This document shows, piece by piece, positions 26,436 through 38,740 of a stretch of DNA of 64,000 nt. The notes below the pieces were generated by a model that saw only the letters and a program-made list of their open reading frames with translations, was not told the origin of the DNA and did no database searches. Where the stretch lies: positions 737,552-801,551 of the forward strand of contig NMRA01000045.1 in NCBI GenBank assembly GCA_002633005.1, given 5' to 3'. A program made the position numbers and the translations under genes. Numbering within the stretch: the first letter of the stretch is position 1; every line of letters starts with the position of its first letter. Source of the DNA: Phoronis australis. Its lineage: Eukaryota > Animalia > Phoronida.

Positions 26436-29400
26436 ATCAAGCGACCTTGGTTAAATGTTGCCCAGATTTACTGGCCGAGTAGGTCATGCATGCTGTCGGG
26501 CGCGTGCTCTGTCTACAACTATTAGACGCAATGATCGACTCTCGAAGCACCTGTGATTAAAATGTTTTGTATACATGAGGGTCACTACCCTACCTAACAA
26601 GTTTCTTTACGTAATCGTTTTCAAATCTACGGGATGTTTTAGACAGATTATATCATAAACTCGATAAGCTGGGGCTAAATTTTCGCTCATTTTAACCTTA
26701 ATAACTCTTTAGGGTAGATTGACAAAACGAGTGAATAAGTTTATTATCATTTAATGCCGCATTCTCGTGACACTTGAACGTTTTTCATTCAGCGCGCTTG
26801 TCTGTGCATGTAGACCTTATCTGACACCCAGGGAATCGTTTGTGGAACGGGTTACCCTGCACAACCAGAAATGCGAGTTTTTTGTTGTTCGATTCGTTTT
26901 GTTTTAATCAGCGAGTAAACAGTCAAACGTAGCAATACATGAAATAGTTCATGTGAACATTTGTGTTACTTAACATTTATTTGGATTTGCCGCTCAGAAT
27001 TCTTTATAAAAAAGCAGGACACATTCTACCTAGTAGACAAAGACTGTTAACGAATCCACTAGTGTAACCAAGGAAAAATAAATGTCCTAGTAAAACTATT
27101 ACGTTTTTGTCATCTATTGTAGCGAACTTCTGTATTTGATGCCATGTCGGAATTGAGCTTCTGGCTGACTGGCGTCACCCTGCAGGTAAAAATGCTAATT
27201 ACGAGCGCAGGGAGATGCTTAAGAGGACGTAAGCTGAGGGGTAAACGCTTCATTGGCCACTAGAGACTTATAACACACCCATTAACATATTCGGCTGAGT
27301 GACACTCGAACCTACCTGTAACCATTTCATGCAACTAGGTCGGCTGATGGACCAAGTGCCGTACAAAATCTGATTTCATAACTCTAAAAATTTAAACAGA
27401 ACTTTTGGAGCAAACAAAACCCTTAGATATTCATTGTAGCCAAGTAAATGCCGCCAGTTCATTCAAAGAGGCTCAAACTAGAAGAAATGTGAAATTCTTA
27501 ATTAGGGAGTAATCTTAGTGCCAAAGGCCCTAACGCAAGCTTTGAAGGCACGAAGCGAATCTAAGAGGTCCGGGAAATGTCCCCAGATTTTTAAAATTAA
27601 GATGCTCTGGAATGAATTACCTTTCTGAGAGGTTCCTAGTTATATTTTGTCAGTATATTCGACAAACTATTCAAGGAGGGAATTTTTATCCTATGGACGG
27701 GAGGTCAGGAGGATTTTATAAATTCTCTCCAACGAAGAGCCGGAGAGTGGAGCCCGTACATTTACCACATGAGCCAACATCGACGTGTATCCCAGTATAC
27801 GCCAAGTGTTGCCGCCAGAGGTAGCTTGTTTTAGACTGCATCTTTAAAAGGTCAGATATACCAGAAAGTGCATTTAAATCCAACGTGTTCGTATTGCCTA
27901 AGTGGAGATTAAGAATAACATGCGACTTACACACGTTATCCTGTATATATCGTTTGTAACTGTCGTAAGAACTATCTGCAGTACATCCGTAAAATTCTCT
28001 CATTTGACATAGAAATAAACAAAAACATTACCGACAACTTAGAATTTGTTGTCATTCTAAACAGGTTGTTATTAATATTTGACATTTCATAGCACACTGT
28101 AAAATTTTGATGACGATACCGTTGATTTCATCGCTTAGTCTTCATCGATGAAAATTGATTACCAATAACGATGAAGTCAAAGTAAACAACATATTTGGAG
28201 AAGATCGCCAATAAACTGATGTACATGACATTCGTTTTCATTTCCATTTCTCAATGAATTAAATACTAAGGTCTACCTAATATATGTGCTTATTTAGACT
28301 CACGTGGTTATATTTCGACTACCTTTGCAAATGGGAATGTCTGAAACTGATATTTGTACGTGTGTCTTTTCTGAAATTCTTAAATTTTTAATTTTATAGA
28401 TAACCTTAATTAAATTTAATACACATCAGAGTGCACGACCTTGTAACTGATCAGTCAAGTTTCACTCACATGATATTTTTGAACTTGTTTCTCGACTTTT
28501 CTTATACACACATGCGCCTAATTCCGCTACAGCTTCACAGATATGTGCATGAGCCAAAATACTTGAATACGTACAGATTGTCATTGAGAGCTTGCATGGC
28601 TCAACTGCTAATTTTCTTTTTCGATATTTAAAGTAACGTAATTGGTGAGAACAATTGTCTTCCGAAATCACCCCCAACAGCACCCAAACACTCTGTCTCT
28701 CAGACAATGCGACTCGCGAAAATTGCCGATAGGGGATAAAATCACAAAAAAACAATGGATTCTATTTTTGATAGCACTTGTAAAAGCTAAGAACAAAAAT
28801 CCCAAAAATGCATTGTTTATCAGTAAAAACGATAATATCACGTCAATAATCGAGAGCATAAATTTTGGTAGTTTTAACAATTAGAAAATTGATCATAAAT
28901 TGATCTAAAATGGAGTCAAATGATTACTGGCCGTCAAATTGTCACCGGATTCTGCATTATTCTTTTGTTTTTATCATCAACGAAAACTGTACCGTAAACG
29001 TTCGTTACACGTAGAGTGGACGCACAGTTCAGAGGAGATATTGCAGTCTGGTAAAAATATTCGAATAATGCCTGGTATTTATGACTAATCACTCGTTTTC
29101 TCTTTCACTACCTGAAAGTTCTATTTTTAAACGTCAACTGCTTCCATTTTTGTCAAGAATAAATAAGCACGAACGCATGTTGGCTAAATACGCATAACTA
29201 GGTCTGAAGACTGGACAAGTAGTCTTGTGATCACAACTAAACCGTAACGAGATGAATGTATGCAGTTATTGTAATAAATAGTGAGACAATCGATATGAGG
29301 TCTCGTGGTATTTCGCCATTATGTGCGTTGAGATTAACCTCAATAATGAAAAGAAGTTTGGTGTTTTGAAGAATGCTCGATGTTAGGAAAACAAACATTA

Positions 29401-32275
29401 GGCAAATATTATGGTCTAAATTCTCATCTTTTATTGTTGGCATATATTGAAAATACACAGTAAGATGATTCAATCGTTGTTCACAATCGATCACAGGAAT
29501 CTCTCAAGAATGCAGCGTACAAAATTATCAAAACAATTCTCTTGTAAAAATAAGTATAAAACTGTACAATCTATTTACACTAACTGAATGTTATGAGTTT
29601 GTACAACTACTGCCGCTGTGAAACGGCGGAATGCATATGAAAATATGAATTTGTATTTACAATCATCATATGAGGGATTTGGAAGAAATGTTTGGCAAAA
29701 ATCACAACCTTCATGCATAAATCTAACAAATACAATATAAAATACGTATTATCAAACGATGACAGTATATAAACTCCTAAAAACGTGTAAAAACAAGATT
29801 TTCTACATCGCGTAAACACGACAGTAAATACTAAGAAATATGTCAGCATATTAAGACCCGCCCCTGCTTTGTGATGTCGCCATGACTACGTGGGAGTGAT
29901 GATGTCATAAGGGTTAAATATTTGGAACTCAGGACGAGGCGCGTGGTTCAATGATATTCGTAAGAGTGTTTGATCCCCTTTGAGTAGAATATAGCTCTCG
30001 CAAGTACTACCAAATCAAATATTAATTTAAGACTGAACCAATGCTCAAGTTTGACATTTTGTTGACACATCAAACAAAGGGCACGCGTTCCTCTTCAGTA
30101 TTTTTTCTTTGTCTTTGGTTGCAGACGAAAGGCTTCGACTCGTTGCATGTAGGCGTCTTGAAAAACTTCTTTTAAAGCGACCTCTTCTGTAGCAACATCA
30201 GCAGGATAAGAAGACAAGATTCTCGTTTCCCTTGGCCTAAAATCATGTAAAGAGATTTCGTCAGAATAAACAGTTTTCAAAAGAATGTTATGTTAGAGGC
30301 CCTGTGCATCAACATCATAAACTTTCCCTTTTGTAGTCTTAATCTAACATAAATTTTCAAGCCTCTAAATAAAATCAACTACTAATTGAATAAATCTAGG
30401 GAGAATTACATAAACTTTCCCCATTTCGATAGCAAGAGTTAAGCCCTCAAAATAGACTCAGTCAGCTGTTCTTTTGTAAAGTGATCCCAGGCATTCTAAA
30501 CAACTTTCTCCTTTGTTCGCAACTCAGATAGTGTAAAGAAAGGAAAACACACAGGTATTGGAGAAGCGATATTTTTGTTACTCCGGGGACTTTGACGCCT
30601 TGTGGTCGTGTTTCATTTGCCTCCCGCAAGTTTATTTTAGTAGGGCGAGCGACTGACAATAGCAACTTAACCGATCATACCTACGGCAGTATAAAGGGTC
30701 TTGTGCAAACCCAGTCGCAGAACGGGTAAACAGAAGATATTTTGGAGTGCATATAACTCTTTCAAGGAAATCTTTATAACGCTTTGCAAACCCTGTTTCA
30801 AGACATAGGTAACTATGTTTATTGTTAGCTAAGGCCCCGAACGTTTGCTCAAAACTTTAATGTTTCATAATAAAGACTTAATTTACTCGAAAGTAGTGCT
30901 TTCAACACTGTAAACAAACGATGCTCAACGATTCTTATGACTCATTTGTGTAATCCATTAAGATAATATCTAGCTGCAGAAGAGCTAGATTCAGTAATAA
31001 CTTGAGAAACTTCTATTCTATTGGGAGACGTTTTCGTCTTCAATTATTTTACTGCAGAATACGGGCTTTTCGTGCAGGTAAAACGGTCGTATAACGAGGT
31101 CATTTGTCTACGGAATAACGATAAAAACACACAGACGCGTACCGAGGAAATAAAAACCAAGATAATTAAAACAGCTTTGGTTGCTATGAATGAAGCCAAC
31201 GTCTGTCTTATTTATGTTGTTGATAAATCCTGAAAATTAGAAAAACGCACGTGCGCTCAATGGTGACTAAGGTTTGGATAATTAAGAGCGTCAAATAAAA
31301 AAGATTTATCATCTATCACCATTGTCAATTTTGAAGGATATGCGCTTCGTCGGTTTGTATCACGTAGATATTTGCTATTATAGTTTTCTTATACAAAACC
31401 ATACAAAGCATTATCAGTGAACCTAGTACTGGATTTACAAAAGAATTTACAACACGCTCGAAATGAAGTCGCAAATACATTTACCGACGTATTCCCTTTT
31501 TCTAAGCAAAGTGACTGAACATTGCGGCAACAACAAAGTTATCGAGGCGGTTGTGGCAGCTTATAACTTTATTTGGCAGCTAAACTATACCACTCGAATA
31601 TCATCCATAAATTTTTGATGAGGCACTTGGTGACGCTATAAAACCCTAGCACGTGCTTACACGAGTGCTGGCTGATTATCGCCATTAGAGACATTTGGAA
31701 CAGCAATGGAGCTCACAATAAACAAATACAACTGTCTAGTAGCTGGTATGAATTTTTCATAAGCTTTCTAAATATCTGTCCCAAGGGTCTAAACTGGTAA
31801 CGTTTTTGTTTGTTGTCAGCAGTCGTTCAGCTTATCCCGTGTCAAATAGTTCAGGACACTACAGTTGTCATTCACGTGCGCCATATGTTATGGATTATAC
31901 TTGATTCCTTTTGAACAGGTATGCTAACCCGAGAAGAATACACCTAAATAGGTAATGATTCAAGCCATAGAAGAAAAGGGTAATGGTCTGATTGCCGCTA
32001 CGTTATAGCTATTCAACACGAGGATTAAGAATTAAATATTCCAACGCGATTTGACTGATTGGCCACGATACATGAGAAAAGTGGATGATCTCAAATTTAC
32101 TATTGAACAAAAGTCAATATGAGTTATCGTTTATAGCGACGAGCAACATATCAAGGATGCGCACCAAATGCCCCATTTCCGAGAACCAACAATGAAAATG
32201 TGTGAGTGCTTGAATGGGTTCGTATCTCTCATGATAACAATAGAACTACAATTCGTCAGTCAGATACTCACCGTT

Positions 32276-32902
32276 TTAACTAAACCATGAGTTAAAGTCT
32301 AGAAGATCTTCATCACCAGGGCTCAGTGGAGGTAAACTATCGCCACAGCTGCTGTAGCTTGCCGAACTAGATAAGGAATCACAAGGCGACAGAGGTGAGG
32401 GAGGGATGTTGTTGGCGAACACGGCGTTGACTGCATCCTGGTCCTCTAAGATTTGTTGGAGGTGTTTGATATATTCTGTAGCCAGTCTTAAGGTTTCAAC
32501 TTTGCTTATTTTTTGGTTTTTGGAGTCTTGTGCTGGAATATGTCGTCTTAAAGCATCAAAACCATTGTTAACTAGTTTCACACGGTTCCTTTCACGCTCG
32601 TTTCTCCTTGACACTGAAGCAGGTTTTGTCTGTGGAAGTCCAAATTTTCCAAAATCTATTCTACGTTTACATCTCAGCAAACTCTTTGGAGACACGGTGG
32701 AAGTATGGTTGTCATTCTTCTCGGGTACGCTGCTCGGTGAATGAGATGGGAGTTCTGTCTTTGGTAAGATTTTTGTCGGCGTTTTAGTCGGAGTTGTCTG
32801 TGTAGCGCACGGTGCCAAGGCGAGAATTTGGGTTGTTACTCCGTTTGCGCTTTGCACCGTCAAAGGCACGACCTGCAGCGTAACGCCTATGTTGGTGTCC
32901 AT
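32276..32902 (-). CDS. ASH: Achaete-scute family proneural bHLH transcription factor (ASH/ASCL1-like), 208 aa
   Basis: [28 protein letters not shown]...[19 protein letters not shown] bHLH; upstream [10 protein letters not shown] motif; C-terminal [11 protein letters not shown] typical of ASC-a proneural proteins. Confidence 0.97.
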   Translation of the reverse strand: MDTNIGVTLQVVPLTVQSANGVTTQILALAPCATQTTPTKTPTKILPKTELPSHSPSSVPEKNDNHTSTVSPKSLLRCKRRIDFGKFGLPQTKPASVSRRNERERNRVKLVNNGFDALRRHIPAQDSKNQKISKVETLRLATEYIKHLQQILEDQDAVNAVFANNIPPSPLSPCDSLSSSASYSSCGDSLPPLSPGDEDLLDFNSWFS

Positions 32903-32990
32903 CTTTGTAGTTTAACTTAACGTGCTGCTCGTGCCAGTCGTGTGGTAGGATTCAAATACATGTATTTGTTCTCGCCCCTGATAAAGTGCG

Positions 32991-32997
32991 TTTTATA
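32991..32997 (-). promoter_or_regulatory. TATA box of ASH gene
   Basis: gcaTATAAAAcgc on - strand, ~90 nt upstream of the ATG. A GC/KLF-like box gccacgcctcc (33043) and E-box tcatgtga (33028) lie just upstream. Confidence 0.7.
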
Positions 32998-33095
32998 TGC
33001 TGGCTTGGCGATCGCGAGCCGCATTAGTCATGTGACTATTAAGCCACGCCTCCTGATAGCATAAGTGGTCCGTTATCTGTCAGTCGTACGCCGTC

Positions 33096-33104
33096 CACGT
33101 GCCA
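33096..33104 (-). promoter_or_regulatory. Hairy/E(spl)(Hes)-type site upstream of ASH
   Basis: TGGCACGTG on - strand, ~100 nt upstream of the TATA box. Confidence 0.5.
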
Positions 33105-35186
33105 GAAGTGAGTAAACTATGGTGTAATTTTGTGGTTGCTAGGTCAAGCAAACACTTTATGTAAAAAAGGGTGTGCGATTCGTCTGTCATTAAAATCCAT
33201 ATGCTGGGTTTGAAAATTATCTATAATCGGGCACAACCTCTGATTTATAACGCTTCGCTGCGGATTGAATTCGTCTGCATTGACCATGCATTCAATCGAC
33301 ATAATAAAATCCGCGACATGTTAATACCGTAATCTCTGTACACTGCAACCTCTTTCAGAATATCACGACAAATATTTTTGAATTTCAATGGCAAATTGGA
33401 GTAATTACCCTGTTTCATTATCCTTATAAGTACTATTTTGCAGAAAGATTTTGCTCTATTCAAAGTCATCGACGTGGAATTAGAAAATTCCTCCCGTGGA
33501 AAAATATATTTTCCGATTGCCTGTGCTATATTGATAAGGAGACCGGCATTACCTTCTGTATAATCATGGAATTATTTTGCTCGGCTGAGCACAATGGAAT
33601 GACTGCGAGAAGCGATATGATTGTCTAAATTCGTGCAAAAATCAACGTTTAGAGGACTTACAAAGTCGACACCACGCAACTACTTACGTGACCCTAAATC
33701 TTTTACTTCTAAGTAAAGACTGCAAAATACACGCAGGGATCAAGCTTTTCACTAAAGGTTTATGTCGACAAAAAGGATTAGTGCCCGAAATAATAATTTC
33801 ACGTATCCTTTGGCATGTGGTTTTTGCATAACGAATTTCACCATTGTTTACATGGTTTTCCTTTAATCACGAAATTCCTGGTTACATTTGAAGTCTCGAT
33901 TTTAATTGATGCCACGCCAAAATTAAATGGACATTTGTCAGATTAATGGCAGAAAACGTAAATTGTTGGCCTGGGGTACTCTTTTCAGAGTTATTAGCTT
34001 TGGCCGGAGATATTATTTTGTAATTTTATTACATATTGCCAAGAGCGCATTTGACGTTAAAATGTGATCTAGCACTGTAGATTATATAGATCTGCAATTA
34101 CATGAGTCGCCAAAAGGTTTGCTCTTTTGCCCTAATACTGCTGACCCTATTGGAACTAATTAGCGCGGTTTGTTTACCAAGTGTTTTTTAAACCCAGAAT
34201 TTGGAACGACACGGAATAACGGAGGAGGACGGCCAAAGAGATAATGTTCAAAATTAGAAGTCATTGATTGGGAAGTATCCGCATGACACTCTGAATCTGT
34301 GACAAACAAAGCACCATTGTAAAAATTGTAATTATTATTTCACACCGGTTTTATTTATTTGACCCTTTTTACGACACTTGAGCTTCCGGACAGGTGTCGG
34401 TTGAATAGATACGAGATTTTCTTTTTAACTTTTTGAAGCGCAACAATCAAGCCTTTTATAATCCATCTTAATGCAGCCGAGATACCTATTGAACTTTACT
34501 GTCTGCCATCCGTAAGCCCAGTGTGGACCAATGTGAAAAATCAATAGGGATATCTACAGGCAAATATCAAAGTTCAGATGAGAAATTCCGTTTCTGTTTG
34601 TCTGATCAAAACATGTAACCCGTCTAAGAGTAGTTACCATGTCCGCTGCTTAAGTCCATGTTTCACAAAGATGCCGGATTAACACCAAACACACCTGGCA
34701 TGATATGGCGTGCGAGTCGCGTAGCCGCCATGATCCTTCGCGGCTATCTCTTTTGGTCCTGGAACGTTCGCCAAGGTCCTTAGAGCTCCGGGAGGCCAAC
34801 ACGACAGTTTTTGGGAAGTTCAGAATTGCCGTGCTCGTCCGTGACGGTCCGGGCAGATGGAGACATCTGGGGTGGCCGACGTGTAGTGTGCCGATGGCAG
34901 CCGTAGCTCTTTCTTGATTGCCCATGTGAGTCCTTGACAGTCAGGGAAAATTTTAGATCCCCGGACAATTGAGGTTCATGACGGTATCGACACAGTTGTG
35001 CTCCGGACCCTACACGGTGGTTACACGAAACACCCCGGTACTGTTAGGTTTTCAGGTTTACGATCACGAATCAACTCGGAGCTACTACAGACAAAGACGG
35101 TGGGAACACGACGAATACATGGATTTTCGTGGAAGTTTACCCGGTTCGTCCGTGTAGCTTCCGTGTTGCCATCGGCATGACAGTCG

Positions 35187-35502
35187 CAGGGGCGGATCCA
35201 GGATTTTGAGTTGGGGGGGGGGGNACCAGAATTACATTACGCCACATGCGTGCACCCAGCCTAAAATGGAGGGATACAGGGGTCTCGAATTTTTGGGTTT
35301 GTGGACCTTATTACTAAAAAGAAAAAAAGTAAACGGGTTTGTTCAAGGCCTATGCATTGTGCATTCGTCCCCCGACCACCCCCTCCCCCCTGGGTGCGTG
35401 CATTTGCTAGTCAGCTATTCGCACCCCGAACAGCCAAATGGTATCTGGGAGAATTGTAGCGGGGTTGCATGGCCCCCTTGCCCCCCTCTAAATCCGCCAC
35501 TG
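35187..35502. mobile_element. Non-autonomous DNA element/MITE with GC-rich TIRs
   Basis: caggggcggatccagg...ctaaatccgccactg; poly-G/poly-C subterminal runs. Confidence 0.75.
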
Positions 35503-35539
35503 GGTCGCTGGACGACGGGAGGGGGGTTAGGAGGGAGGG

Positions 35540-35598
35540 GGGACGGACAGACTGAGGGACAAACGGGCGGACGGACGGACGGAGAGAGGGAGGGACGG
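35540..35598. repeat. Degenerate (GGAC)n / GA-rich simple repeat
   Basis: ggacggacagactgagggacaaacgggcggacggacggacgga. Confidence 0.7.
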
Positions 35599-37744
35599 TT
35601 AAAGCAGTACATTTTGGACAGGTATTTCCCAATTGTGTCCAGCTGACCTTAAGTATTTATTTAAACTACTTTTTGGGGGAATTTCAGCGCTACAAATCTT
35701 CCTCAAACACGTACTCTTTAACATTGCCCTTTTCTCATCAGCCGCAATACAGTTCTTATCAACTCAGTTCTTCTCTCGTTGACGGCATTTCGTTTCTCAT
35801 GAACGACACTCTTTTCTCCCGGACTTCTAGAATTTCAGGTTGACTTGCTCCATGGCTTTAGGGCGCTTTATTCATGAAGTTATCGAGATCGATGCATCGT
35901 AAAGTTTTGAAAGGCACGAATGTGTACAAATGTATTTGAAAATACTACAACGAATCCTTTTAAAAATACTGAAGTGAGTTGGAGGTAAGTATTAGGTTTC
36001 TCCGATGTGCGAGATTCCTCTGGAGTTCAGAAGATTGTGGAAGAGGTCGCCTAGTATATAGGTGAAAACAAGACCACGAAACAAGTCCACCTCTTAACAT
36101 GAATTTGAAGTAGATGAACATAATTATATTTTTTGTAAACGAATCTTTGTCCCTAGTAGCATAATAAGGAGCCATCTGAAAGCAGCGTGTGTACTGTACA
36201 ATGTATTCTTTAAGCGGAGGGACTGTCAGTCAATGAATGATTATTGTCATGCTGCCGAACGGGGGAAAAGAACTATGTTGACACACAAAGACCCAAATTA
36301 GTAAGAACTGGGTTGTGGTGGAGGAGAAAAGAACTCTATAACTTAAGAAAAGAATTGCGGCGTTGCTGTTACTGAGAGCCCCTATGAGAACCCTGTGAGA
36401 TGAAGGTTGGCAGCCCCGCACTTGATCACAATCTGTTCAAGTGTTAGTAAACATGTAGGTCTATTTTCCACTGTACAGCTTAGATCCGTCTTCGACATCA
36501 ACGCATCCTAAATTGAACAAACCACCCACATTTGTGATCAAACAATCGTCTGTACTAAAGGAGTATTTTATGGTCCTCTGACGGTAAAAATAAACCGTTG
36601 TTTAATCACCTGTAAAAAATGTCTTTTCACCTGTTCAGATTATTAGCACAGGTATGTACACATATGAGCTACCTTATGATGTTATCGCCGGGAGTGGCCT
36701 TCGAAAATACCGTGTGTGCATAAGAGGACGAATACTTTTGAATAAGTTATTGGCCTGATTTTTGTGATATCCCGAGTCTCGTTCAATTCTAGTGCGCACC
36801 AGAGGATTTTAAAAAATGACTTGCAAACGACTCATTATTTCTTTAATTGCAGTGAATGTAATCTATCGAGACAACGGTAATAAATGACATTTTCTCACAG
36901 AATAACCCACTCGATGTTGCAAAGAAGCCGACTCATCAAAAATGGATATTTGAGATGTGTATTCGATACACCTCGGGTATTTCCGTTGTCTCATATTTCC
37001 ACTAGGAGGTGAATGGTTTCTCCAGAGGTACAGAACAGTTCTCATAGGTGTTTGCCTATCAGAACACACGTCAATGGATTCTTCATCCTTTCTTCACTCT
37101 GTCAAAAACTGCGTGCAAAGAAAGAAAAGTTTTGAGTCATTTCACATCAAAAGCCTTATAGATGAGCACCGAAACTTTATTCTCTCTTGTATTTTTGACC
37201 CTTTCACTCCCACTGAAAAATAGGGACAAACAATGCAAAATCTGCACTTTTCAACCCAAAACCACCACTTTCCTGCCGATATTCGAATAAAGCCAACATT
37301 AAATTCCGGATGCAAATTTCCAACCGATTCCAAAAAATGTGGTCCAAAAGTACTGTCAACCAGCTAGTCTTTTTTTGTAAAACTGGCTTGTTTGAGGGTT
37401 ACCTGAAATCGCCACCAATTTCTCAGTTGCTACCCAGCAATGCATAATTCCAACAGGAGGCCAGAGTGCAGCTACAGCTGAGCACGTGATCTTTTTCATT
37501 CTCAGCATGTTCACAAATACAAACAAATCACATTCACTTGGTCTACATACAACACCTAACCAAAAAATGCCTCCAAGCCTGGGCTACCTCTATATTTTAA
37601 TATTTTGGGATTGCAAATTGGCCGCGGCCGCAGTCCAACTGTTCAGGTGATTCTCGACACGTGATGTGTTTGAGCGCGAAAAGCTAATTCGAATTGCTCG
37701 TCAAATTTTCATTTTGATCAATATCTCGACTAACTCATCTTACT

Positions 37745-38740
37745 ATGACCTCATCAACGAGAAGTAAAACACGCCTGCACACACTGTTACACAGATGAAG
37801 AAGAAGACAAAAATCTTGTTGAAGCGCTTCTGAGGGCGTTTTCAAATGACAAGATTCAACACGCCCTTTACTCCAAATTTATTAAGCCATATATTGCCAC
37901 CATCACGGCAAAACACGAGGATATCATACGTAGCAAAGACAGTGAGATTGTATCATTGAAAGCAGAAGTGGATCAACTCAAATTTAACCTGGAATTTCAA
38001 GAACAATACAGCAGAAGAGAATGTGTCATTGTAAGTGAAATCAAGGAAGACGAAAACGAGGACGTTATCAGCAAGGTACTTAGCATTGGCAAAAAGCTGG
38101 ATATCAGCCTGACACGCAAAGACATATGCAGAGCCCACAGACTAGGAAAACCATATGCAAATAAAACCAGAAACCTCATCTGTAAATTCATTTCTTATAC
38201 CGATCGTCTAACCTTTATCAAAAAACGCAAACTTCAGGCCGGTGACAAGTTCTTCATCAGTGAAAGTCTAAGCGACGAACAGCCTTGTTCTACAAATGCC
38301 GCCAAATTTGTAATGATAGAAACAGACCTTGCGAGAAAACCTGGACTACTGATGGGGAAATATTCCTGAAAATGAACGACAAGGGAATAGTTCACGTAGT
38401 CACTGAAGCTGACATCCCGCAGATCATAGATCCAGTGCAGGACATTTCTCACGCTGTCATTGTATGTTAAATAGAATACTACCAAGTAATTATGCACTGT
38501 CATTTCTGACAGCTTGAGCAAGTTGCGCTTGTATGTTTCTTTAAGCTGGACTCATATCATGCCTGTTAAGTCTCAGATACATTATAATGTTTTTTTTACT
38601 CAAAATTTATCCACCTGCCTGTCAGTATATAAAACTTCCACGCGAAAGTGAGGTTGGGGGATTAGGATAGCGATTGAAATAGCGATTGCCTCTGATTTGA
38701 TTCTGTCTGTCGAAGTTGTGGGTAACGCCTGAAGCAAGCC
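37745..38740 (+). mobile_element. Decayed 5' part of an L2/CR1-group LINE: frameshifted ORF1 (37745..38470) and trace of ORF2 endonuclease start
   Basis: Coiled coil then EQYSRRECVIV, DICRAHRLG, LICKF, FISESL and (after a frameshift) TWTTDGEIFLK, typical of L1-type RRM/CTD ORF1. Weak KFIHL..SI and CLS.LW remnants follow at ~38600-38735. Confidence 0.8.

Noticed and set aside
29860-29917. piggyBac-like terminus (agggTTAA)
   Set aside because: No matching opposite end or transposase found.
31033-31045. Drosophila proneural-box-like motif (AATTGAAGACGAA on -)
   Set aside because: Only a 10/13 match to AATGGAAGACAAT, with a core mismatch; plausible by chance.
32406-32744. 112-aa ORF antisense to ASH
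   Set aside because: Shadow ORF of the bHLH coding strand with no recognisable features.
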